Source: Perkinsus chesapeaki ATCC PRA-425 (lineage: Eukaryota; Protista; Perkinsozoa). From it: a DNA stretch of 34,901 nt. Where the stretch lies: NCBI GenBank assembly GCA_013115145.1, contig JAAPAO010000374.1:1-34901 (forward strand). Reading direction: 5' to 3'. Under the pieces are notes generated by a model that worked only from the letters and a program-made list of their open reading frames with translations, did no database searches and was not told the DNA's origin. Positions 1 through 9,796 of this stretch are shown here, piece after piece; the stretch's first letter is position 1, and each line of letters begins with the position of its first letter. The translations under genes were made by a program, and so were the position numbers.

Positions 1-360
1 GAAACGGAAATGAAACCGCGCTCGCATGAGCGAAGCGAAGGATCACAGATATACAAACGTCATGCATCTACAATTTGTACGATAAGGTTCGTTTACTACG
101 ACACTGGCGTGACGAGAAGCACGAGTTTAGTTTGTACTTCTCATTAGGAATCTTAGCTTGACCCGTACCTCAAGATACGCCATTGGCAGTAGCATCCGTA
201 CGAATCTCCTAAGTTTAGGCTCTACTACAATACTGCCCCTCTACAAGCAAGACACCTCTACTGTGTAGTTACTACTACTGCTAACATAATTGTTATCATT
301 ATACGTACTACAACATTTTTCACTACGAAAGTAACTACTCTATATATTATTTCCCCCATA

Positions 361-1296
361 CTAAGTTCCCCTTATTACCTGCTTCAATGCGTCCACATCC
401 AGCCCACTATCAATCTCATCAAAGATACACAATCTTGGCCTCAACACCACAGCATGCAGCAGCTCCACACGCTTACGCTCCCCACCAGACATACCGGTAT
501 TAACCGGTCTATCCAAGTACTCAATCAACTCCTCACCTCTCTCAACTTCCGTCAATCTATTCTTTGCAAAGTTGTAAAACTCAAAGGGAGACAACTCCTT
601 AAGCCCTCTCGATTTTCGAGAGGCATTTAAAGCAGCATGCAGTAAGGTAAAGTTGGTGAGCCCCGGTATCTCTACTGGAGCCTGCCAGGACATAAACATG
701 CCCAGCTTCGATGCTCTCTCATCCACTTCCAACTCGAGCACATCAGTACCGTTCATTTCCACATCACCATGGGTCACTTCGTACTGTGCATCGCCCATAA
801 GCACCCTCGCAAACGTGCTCTTACCGCATCCGTTAGGGCCCAATAAAGCCACCACTTCACCAGGCTGAAGGTCAAGTGTTACACCGTTGAGGATAGACAC
901 ATCGGGCGCCTCAGCCAAGGTAGCATGGAGATTCGATACATGCAAACCTCCGCCGCCACTGCCAGCAGCAACCTTAGCATCGCCGCTGGCTCGTCTCTTT
1001 ATTCGACTCGCTATCATCCCAGACACCGTCAATGCACCACCGACAGCCAACACGTCGAGGAACCTCCGCCCTAGACCAATAGGTAAGCCACTAGCTTGAA
1101 AGGATCGCTCAGCCGCCCTCACAGGAAGACCACTGCTGGCCGATAAAGAGTTCCGGCTCACCGATGAGACAACAGGAACTACAAAGAGGCTCGCAGTGTA
1201 TAATAAAGAGGAGCATAGGAGGTAGCATCCTAGAGCTAGGATGGTTAAGCCTGGTAGGGTAGAGCGATGTATAGATGGTAAGGGGGGTGGACGCAT
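361..1296 (-). CDS. sufC: Fe-S cluster assembly ABC ATPase SufC with long N-terminal plastid-type targeting leader; C-terminal exon(s) not found in window
   Basis: ORF has Walker A GPNGCGKS, the SufC-like Q-loop region GMFMSWQAPVEIPG, signature MSGGE and Walker B/D-loop CIFDEIDSGLD. First ATG is at 1296. A probable GT donor follows ...LKQ at 378 (minus CAG|GTAATA). Confidence 0.88.
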   Translation of the reverse strand: MRPPPLPSIHRSTLPGLTILALGCYLLCSSLLYTASLFVVPVVSSVSRNSLSASSGLPVRAAERSFQASGLPIGLGRRFLDVLAVGGALTVSGMIASRIKRRASGDAKVAAGSGGGGLHVSNLHATLAEAPDVSILNGVTLDLQPGEVVALLGPNGCGKSTFARVLMGDAQYEVTHGDVEMNGTDVLELEVDERASKLGMFMSWQAPVEIPGLTNFTLLHAALNASRKSRGLKELSPFEFYNFAKNRLTEVERGEELIEYLDRPVNTGMSGGERKRVELLHAVVLRPRLCIFDEIDSGLDVDALKQVIRGT

Positions 1297-1386
1297 CAAC
1301 AATGAAAGATTCTGACACCTCTAGCTGTCACCCACCTCTGAGCACTACACACAATTTACACAGGAAATTGGAAAATACGGTATGAA

Positions 1387-4300
1387 TTATTCACCCCCTA
1401 CTCGAATGGGTTCCATGCCGAAATGAGCCAACACTTTCTCAACCTTTACAGGACATTCCTGATAATCGATAAAATGCAAGGTAATATTCCACAGTACCTT
1501 ATTAGAATAATACTGCAGGAGGAACGAAGTGGCCTTTCCCAATTCATCTATCCGCTCCTTATCTTCTATTAAACGCTCGAGTAACTAAAGTAGTATTATT
1601 GCTATAAAGAAGTGATCCTCTATAAAAGGCCACATCAACTACCTACTACAATAGAAGGCTTATGTACTATACACGGTCAATCTATCTTTATCCAGCTCTA
1701 GGTCTATATACAAACTTAACATGAAAAATATCAACTGTGAGCAACTGCTGCAATTAAGGTTGACGCTCCTCCGAATCGATTTGAGTGATTGTTTCTTTTA
1801 TAAATTAGAATTGTCGCCTTACGCTTGTATCCCAGTATCACCAACATTATGCCACATTTCCGGTAAATCTATTCGATAAAATGGTTTCCCCTATGCATAT
1901 CCTTCCTCCTCCTCCACTACCTCACAATATGCCTCAGCTGCCTTCTCATCCTCTCCTTTGATTTGATACACCTTCCCCAACTTAGGCAGTATATCCTTAT
2001 AAGCATTCCCATCCACTCTATGGTTCTTCCGGAATATCCTCCATGCCTATATATCACTTCAAACCGCCTGTCCCCATACTTACCGTCTCTAAACACACCA
2101 CAGCTTCATCGTCAAAGCACATACCGAGACAGCAGTTACCCAGCGATCTCCAGCCCACCAACAACTCTGGCCTGACAGTAGATTCCATAGAGTGTATTTA
2201 TTCCATTATTATCAAATATAGTATTATACACTGATGTTCATCTACTAGTATATTGACTAATTCATCTTCAAATATCATACTTGCAATAACTGGACGGCAT
2301 CACAGAGCTATCACTACCAGTCTTGAACCGTATACGATATTTCCTATTCAACATTCTCTCACAGAGTGCGAGCCCTCTGACACTTCCATAAACAGCTCAG
2401 GGGCCACTTTATGGATCTATTCGACATGCTTTCGTTAGCTTAATAGTTATGTAGATGTTGATAGGTGTAAGATGATAATAGTTTTAAGTAGATGATAGCT
2501 CCATCTTGGAGTGTTGTCATCAGGCCCGCAGTCTTCCTTCATTCCCTAGTAGACCACCCACCTCAGTTCAACTGCCTTTCTATAATAATATGCCGCATAA
2601 TTAATATGTCCTTGAGCCTCATACACCCTTCCAAGACCACACCAAGCCCTGAGAATACCGCTACTACTAATAAATAAACTATAGTGTAGATCGAAACTCC
2701 ATCCACCACCACTATCGCGAAATTCACCCCATTGATGTATGATCCAGTTCAGTTGCCTCCCGTAATGCCATGATAGCTGCCGATGCCACACCCTGCTGCA
2801 TGTACCTGCCCCTTCTATTCCACAAGCTACTCAACAACAACGACTTCAGTGCCTAAACTACCTACTCATTTCCAACACACACCATTGCCGCAGCCTTCTC
2901 CCTATTACTAGTGTACAATCTCGCTGCCTTCTGATAATACGATATAGCCTTATCACTATCCTGGCATGACCTAATAACCCAACCGCCTCTTCACAGCTCT
3001 ACCGCTACCCTCTACCCGTGATAGACCGCCATCACAAACATGGTCTCCGGTGCGTATTGGTCTATCCTCAGGCACCGGTGGGCCAGCCCCGCCAGCTGCT
3101 TCCGTCTATCCAATAACTTCCTACAAAACGACAGCCTATTCCACTTAAACAATGCCACGTACACATTCTTTCCGATGAATTATATCTTCTTTTCGCCTAT
3201 TTAGTGCAAGCCAATGGCCACTACGAATTTACTACTGAACCCCCCCCAATCCCCGAAGCTTTCCTCCTTGGTCAGCCACTTCCACTCCGACAAGGATCAC
3301 CCATATATTAATATTCTTCGACTAGAACACCCTCCCCAATTAACCTTATTATTATTACAGCAGGCCAGCGTGATGGTCAGCCCCCTTCACACTATCCTCC
3401 TCCTCCAGTGTAACAAATGCCTCAGCTGCCGCGTCAAACTCGCCACTCTCCAAAAGACATACTGCTAATCCAAGAGCAATACCATAATGTTTAGGGTGCC
3501 TCTCAGATAGCTTCTGGAACCTTACACTGAAATAACATAACTACTTGGGAAGGGCATACCTCCTGGCTGCCATTCTGAAGAGGGGCACTTCAGAGGAGGC
3601 TACTGCATTCAAACCAGACTGAGAACAGCAAGCCATAGAAAGAATGCTAGCAATAGGGACTAAGTGTCTAACTAAAACCATATTTCTATCAGACCTTCTA
3701 CTATATCAGTCCACTAATAACAACCTGTCATGCTCGAGGGAATTACCACACAGAAATTCAACACTTCCCTGACTATATGCAATGAATCAGGATGACGAGA
3801 TACTCGATATATATGGAAAAGAGTGAGACCTCCACATTATACAATTTCCAGCGCGCCCCGAATTATTCCCTATTACCTCAGCTGCCATCTTACATGCTGT
3901 AGCCCAAGCCATCTCAGAGATGGTCGCCCTATTGGAGCCCTCATCAACCGAAAGGTACTCATCTGCTGTGACCAACAACGAAGTCAAAAACTCATCCATG
4001 CTCCCAGCAGATACTCGAACAAGATTCTCCTCCGATAACGCACCTATCCCATACCATTTCGTGGCGCGCGGTCATTCCCCATCCTCCACCTTCTCTTAGT
4101 TGAATCTCTGATATTTTCATTCTGCACCGTATAAGGCCTTCCCAAGCTGGCCACAGCAGCGGTGCCATGGCTATAGAACGTTTATACAGCTCCATGGCCT
4201 CTTCTGGCCATACATCTACAAGAACACCAATAATATCTTACTGCCGGTAAAAGCCCATCCGGTGGAAACTAATACTACTATGAGATTCCTTTCTACCGCC

Positions 4301-5428
4301 GCCAGTGTGCATATTTGAGAAGCAGATCTCCAGTGAATGACTCAAAACGATGTGCTTGTAGAAATCTCAAATGATTAATATAAAAAATCACTTAATACTC
4401 CCAAAGTATGATTGACAGAGACCAATAGGGAAGCTTCCAAAACCTCCCGAGTGTGTTTCAGGGCCCATGTCGTGCTGCTGGCCGCTGCGGCGGCAAGACT
4501 GGGTAGAGTGACATCGAGAGCTCTAATCCAACCCAGGCCCCCAACCCAGCCACTACTACCGACACCCTCTTTGCCATGCCACAGTATTCTCTTATGCTTC
4601 CTCCACCATCCCTCCAGTAGATGCCCAAGGTGGTATCCTGCGATAGCATCCAACTTCCCAAGGTGCTTGTCGGACACAGTGGCCTCTATAAGGGACACTA
4701 GTTCCCTGTCAAAAGGTCTAAACTCCTCTTCATTAATTCGAGCTTCTTGCCTGAACCACCACATCACTTCTTGCCCTAACAGTCCGCCACCAACTACCCT
4801 TCAATCGCCCAGCACACTAGAGTGACCAGAAGACTCAGAGTAAGGTCGTCACCACCTGGGGGAAGCTCCTCGATCCGCTCCAGTCGAACAGCATTACGTA
4901 AATAATGTAACGCCTTCTTTGCCTTTAACAGCCTCCCCAATGACTGTAGTGCCCTGCCGTGCTCTCCTCTAGCAACCAGTGCCCATGGCTCCATTAGGGA
5001 CGCATCCGAAAGGTCTACAATGGTGGATATCAATAAAGCATGCAAAGCATGCCTATTCACCGGAGAAGCGATGCATGCTGCCGACACACGGACAGGTCCC
5101 TGAAGGCAGCTCCAGACCATGAAGCCACTGAGAAAGCAGTAAGAGATAATATAGGAGGGGGAGATATCACCTCCGCTGCTTCCGGCATGCCTCGCTCGAT
5201 AAGAACGCATTCAAACGCACCAATGGAGACGCCATTAGTAGCAGAAGAAGAAGAAGCCTTCTGGGCTCCTCCTCCTCCACGCGATGACAGACCATTACCA
5301 CGTGATGTTAAGGACATAATGGCGAGAGCGGTATGAACAAACCTCTCCGACAAGTTCCCATAGGAGCGCAATAATACACCGACAAGATCTCGAAGCAGTT
5401 GTGTTACATTACTAAGATTCATCGTCAT
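1387..5428 (-). CDS. CDC23: Divergent multi-exon TPR protein, anaphase-promoting complex subunit 8 (CDC23/APC8)-like
   Basis: Hand-assembled exons match CDC23 motifs in order: LVARGEHGRALQSL (~4980), SIAMAPLLWPAWEGL (~4150), LAGLAHRCLRIDQYAPETMFVM (~3060), KAISYYQKAARL...AMVCVGNE (~2900), YMQQGVASAAIMALREATELD (~2780), RAWCGLGRVYEAQGHINYAAYYYRKAVELR (~2600), LPKLGKVYQIKGEDEKAAEAY (~1960), ATSFLLQYY (~1520). Putative last exon ends ...IRVGGE* at 1387. Confidence 0.72.
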
Positions 5429-7083
5429 CTAATTCGACTACATCAATATGACAATCGGGCCCAGCTTCCACAACAGCCACTTCATCTGTCTCCACCATCG
5501 GCCGTGCATCCTCAAATTGGCGAAAGATCAATGGCGTCGCTCCGCCGCATTTTGGTAAATCGTACATTGCCTCTTTCACCTTGTTGGTCTCCTTACCAAT
5601 TGAGGATAAGAATTCCTCTATAGACGAAACCAAAGGCATATTCGCCACGAAATAGGTCTGCGCGGGGACCTTATACCTGAGCAACTACTATACACCTGAA
5701 CTAACCATTCTCTTATAAGTCGAAGCACACTACGGAGCTAAAAGAAGACAAACCAGAGAATGACATCTTCCGAATACTAGAAACATATCATTCAGCTATA
5801 GCTGAAATATCACCCGGTCGCCTGTGGATCAACTCGGGGTTGGACCGAGTCTGTTCCATTAATTTACTCTATGACATAGAGATAACAAGACCAGTGCCCA
5901 ACAGTCATTACCAATTTTGGCGCGATACTCCCCCATACTAAGCCCCACACTTCCCCCATCCGTGACTACCATCGAATCGCTCGAGTCCGTTCCTGCAAAT
6001 ATGCGTATAAGGCAACTCGAGCATCACGATTGTCCAGGAGAAAATCCACAACGGCTTCGAGATGGTCCCAAAGGTCAGCACCTAACAAACGGCGGTTGCT
6101 ACCCGACATAGTGGCAGCCCACTCTCATCTGACAGCTACAACGGTGAGGACCGCCAAACTACTGCTCTGACCAACTCTAGCAAACCACAATAAACTCCCC
6201 AGCCCAAAAGCTTTGCTTCCGGTATCGATCGATACTTCATCCGAACTCATATGAGAGAAGACTATGTGGAATGCCAAAACGTTCCCCCTCGAGCAAAGGC
6301 TCGAAAGCCGAAGGGAAGCCTCTGCAGTAGAAGGAGCCGTCGCTCTCATCACCTACCCGCAAGTTGCTCCGATGTCTCTAGGAATTCTAATCCTCCTTCT
6401 AGAAAAGCTTCCTTTTCAGATTTCGATCGCATCTTCTTCTCGACATCTCTAGTCGCCAAAGATTCCTCCGCGGCCTGCAAGATGCTCCAAATCGCGCACC
6501 CTGAAGATTTTGACTTACCTGATTTCGTGCAAGATTCTCCTCGGCGTCCTCCTTCGCTTTTGTTAGCTCCATTATAGACTCATACAACTTGTAGTCGTTG
6601 TTCCGCATCGCCTCTGCGGCCTTAATTATATTAAACCTTGTAGAAATACCTCCACCAGGGATCGAACCAACGACCCTCACCCCTTATCCCTAACAAGACA
6701 AGCTAGTTCCCCGAGATGTTCTCGACTGAAATCCCGCAAGTCCAGACGTTCTGGAAGTCGCCTCATCGGTGACGCATCTTTCTCCTGTTTAATATTAACC
6801 ATCACTCCACACGCCGGCGCAGATGTCTCCCTCCTATCATCGAAAGGAGATTCCTAACAACGAGCTTATCACATCAGTCAACTCAAGCCAGCCAACTCAC
6901 TTCTGTACTTTCGCACATTCTACAGGACTGCTCCTGTCCCGTACCATGGACTCTATAAATCCCTTCACCCTCGCATAGGGGGCACTCGGAAATATCACCA
7001 TCGTCCGTGCAGCTACTACTATCTGGTACACGCTTCTTTACAACACCCAAAGCAGCTTTGATAAATATTGGGCATATCTTCAT
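5412..7083 (-). CDS. Multi-exon hypothetical protein with N-terminal CxxCxGxG...CxxC zinc-finger-like motif and coiled-coil segment
   Basis: Open exon-like frames at 6883-7083 (ECPLCEGEG...SCRMCE), 6540-6680, 6360-6490, 6240-6325, 5960-6090 and 5412-5684, separated by short GT..AG segments. No family recognised and the 5' end is uncertain. Confidence 0.5.
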
Positions 7084-7200
7084 CTCAGTTTTAGCCTAAC
7101 ACATTCAACGTGACTCGTCGAAACTACAGCGATCTCTATACGACATAATAGGAACGGATTATGGTCTATTCGACCCTGTTGTGTTGTGATACTATCATCT

Positions 7201-7223
7201 GTGTCTATCAAAATGATAGACAC
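7201..7223. repeat. Perfect hairpin GTGTCTATCA-aaa-TGATAGACAC
   Basis: 10-bp perfectly complementary arms with a 3-nt loop, read directly from the sequence. Confidence 0.9.
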
Positions 7224-7855
7224 TTACTGGACCGTCTTGAGAGTGCTCGGGGGGAAGGGACTTTGATTTAAAGTAGTCAAGACCAATTTGATAACTTGAA
7301 CATATTTAATGTTAATTAATAGACGTGAATGTGGATTATTCCAAGGTGAGGGGATAACGTTCGACGTCTGGGTAACGGGTTCAAAAATGGGCAAATGATT
7401 AACTTTCCTGGAGTCCCTCCGGAGGTTTTTGGGATACCTCCGATGCTTCAGACACTACCGGCTTATCGCAGTTTGTTGGCAAACTGGACCGGAAAACACA
7501 AAGGCCTCCGCCCAATCACAAAGGAGTAAAACGTTTAATCTTGGTTGCTGAAGAATCGATTTGGTTAACGTTAAATGTTGAACATTTTTCAACTTGCCTT
7601 CACTTAAAAATGAATATGCTGATCGTGGTCGAATTCGGCTTCCCACAGTGATGGTGGGGAAAGGGTTATTACGACCTGCAAGTGTTTTCAAGGAGGATGC
7701 TCAATTTGATAGTAAAGTTCGAGGCACGCTACCAAGGGAGACGTGCGATGAGACACGAGACAAGACCTTGCCAATTTCCCTGTCTCATTCATCCTTCCAA
7801 AAAGTTTTCAGCCGTCTCGTTATTCGAAAAGAGACTGATTTTTAAACAACTGAAT

Positions 7856-8854
7856 ATGAAGCTAGCCACTGCCGGCATCTTTAACCTCATCATCGAGGTA
7901 TTTGGGAGTAATAAGGGCAGCATGGTTTCTGGTATGGTACCTCGATTTATTCCACTTGGTGTTTATCAAACTACTGGTGATGTGCCATTCTTTAGCCATT
8001 TTATTTTGAGAATCAAACCAGGAAATAAAGGAGGGTTGGAATTCCTAGCTGGTCAAGTGGAACACAACTTCATACAATCGGTCCCTCTACCTGACCTTAA
8101 GATGGACATGTCTAGTTTGGAGATACCCGGTCAACGATGCTGGTTACTGCTTTGTGAAGGATTGCCGGAATGCGTTAACAAGATCAAACAAGTGAGTTGG
8201 ATATTGAAAAGGAACGTGGGCAACACTCCACTTCCCCTCCGATCAAGTTCAATTGTCGCCTGCATGTCTAATGAGGGTAACGTTATATTAAACTTACGTG
8301 GCAAAGAGTTCCCCATGCGAAAGGTATCAGATGAGCCAGACTTTGCTCTAGAGAAGCCTATTGAAGTACCGGAGGATGGTTGGTATGTTACCGTCGGGCC
8401 TGTGGACGGCATCGACAGTGTGAGCATACATTTGGAGAATGGAGAAGGGGAGGTGATAATGACGGTTAATGGACATAGTGAATTGAAGAAATATCATACT
8501 CTGAAGATACATCCACTCGCCCCACGTTCGAAAACGAAGACAAGGTGTTACGAAATAGCCATCCGCTTCTCGCGAAGGATAATCTTGATTAAATTGGCAA
8601 TGTTCGATCCTGCACTGGGACATTGGCCGGTGATGATATGTCGAGACAGGGAACTAGTAACGTACTTGGCACTTGGTCAGAGATATGTTCGCTTAGTGAA
8701 GGATGATGGTACTAGAGGTAATAAAAGAGAGAATCCCGGAGAACAGCAGCCGTCCAGAAAGAGGAAGAACACGAACGTTTACAGTGTGGCGAAGAAACTA
8801 CATGCTGCGACTGAATACGAGGAAGTCTTGCCCAAAGTTGATATTACCGAGTGA
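7856..8854 (+). CDS. Intronless hypothetical protein with predicted signal peptide (lineage-specific secreted-type family)
   Basis: In-frame ATG at 7856 within the 390-aa ORF gives MKLATAGIFNLIIEVFG (signal-like), followed by a PLGVY motif and a beta-rich body. No introns. The family resemblance is from recollection only. Confidence 0.6.
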   Translation: MKLATAGIFNLIIEVFGSNKGSMVSGMVPRFIPLGVYQTTGDVPFFSHFILRIKPGNKGGLEFLAGQVEHNFIQSVPLPDLKMDMSSLEIPGQRCWLLLCEGLPECVNKIKQVSWILKRNVGNTPLPLRSSSIVACMSNEGNVILNLRGKEFPMRKVSDEPDFALEKPIEVPEDGWYVTVGPVDGIDSVSIHLENGEGEVIMTVNGHSELKKYHTLKIHPLAPRSKTKTRCYEIAIRFSRRIILIKLAMFDPALGHWPVMICRDRELVTYLALGQRYVRLVKDDGTRGNKRENPGEQQPSRKRKNTNVYSVAKKLHAATEYEEVLPKVDITE

Positions 8855-9197
8855 TAAGGACAATGGTGGACTACTGAATATGCTAGCGGCGGCTGGCGGA
8901 CGTGACACATCAGATTCTGCGGAACTTGCTCGATGGGTTAGCGAAGACGCTGATGAGTTTTTGAATATGCTTGGAGAGGACTCGTCGAAAATTGATACAT
9001 TCCGATGAGGCTCTGGATTAAATGGTAATGTTACGCCTCGTGCAGGAGAAATGCCCTCGACAAGTCACCCAGCAGCCACTCATGGAGATACCATATTACA
9101 AGAGATGATGGGAAATGATGGTGTGGATTCAGAAGTAGATCTTGATCAGTGGATTAGAGAGGAGGGCGATGAGCTTATAAAGACATTGGGTGAATAA
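8830..9197 (+). pseudogene. Frameshifted acidic C-terminal extension of the 7856 gene with in-frame TGA at 9006-9008
   Basis: The same frame is open on both sides of the TGA and carries a repeated motif (ELARWVSEDADEFLNMLGE / DLDQWIREEGDELIKTLGE), ending TAA at 9195-9197. Confidence 0.4.
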
Positions 9198-9750
9198 TAT
9201 CATAGTCGTAATTGCAATGCAGTGAACCACCACTGTAAATGGTGAGAGAATGAATCTTCCAAATGACATGCTCTCTATGGTATAAAGTGGTTGTGTGCCA
9301 AATCCAAGTGTTGTGTTGATATCTTTTCATATTGTTGCCAATATACTTTATTACATTTATATTCTATCAGTTTACAAATTAACAGTTCCTCTATTATTGC
9401 ACTACCCTTTGACCAATTCCACTGATGATTATTAAATCAATAATCCACCGTCAGTGAACTCGTACTGGTCGTCCAAAAAGCATGTAAAATACATGTATGG
9501 TCGATTTGAAAGCAACTAATCGAATAAGAATGTTATGATAGAACTATGCAAAGAAAGTAACGATTATCATCTGAAAATCCTATCTAGAAGTACTCTATAT
9601 TTAATATGGAGAAGGTTTTTTTGCTTTGGCCTAAGTATTAGTCAGCCGACTAATACCAGGGCTGGGCTAGCCAACCGACCAGGCAGTGCAGTACTGGTAG
9701 CTGGCTGCCACCGAGATTAGTCCGTCCTTTACCAACCCAATCTCGAATCT

Positions 9751-9796
9751 AGTGTTGCCAGGGTTGGCAACACTGGGCAACCTAGCGTTGCCCAGT
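9751..9796. repeat. Two overlapping perfect hairpins built from GTTGCC/GGCAAC
   Basis: AGTGTTGCCA-gggt-TGGCAACACT (9751-9774) and ACTGGGCAAC-ctagc-GTTGCCCAGT (9772-9796), each with 10-bp arms. Confidence 0.9.

Noticed and set aside
9749-9785. Canonical Helitron 3' end (hairpin + CTAG)
   Set aside because: CTAG is not followed by T on either strand, no matching 5' TC/A junction was identified, and there is no RepHel ORF. Kept only as a non-canonical hairpin observation.
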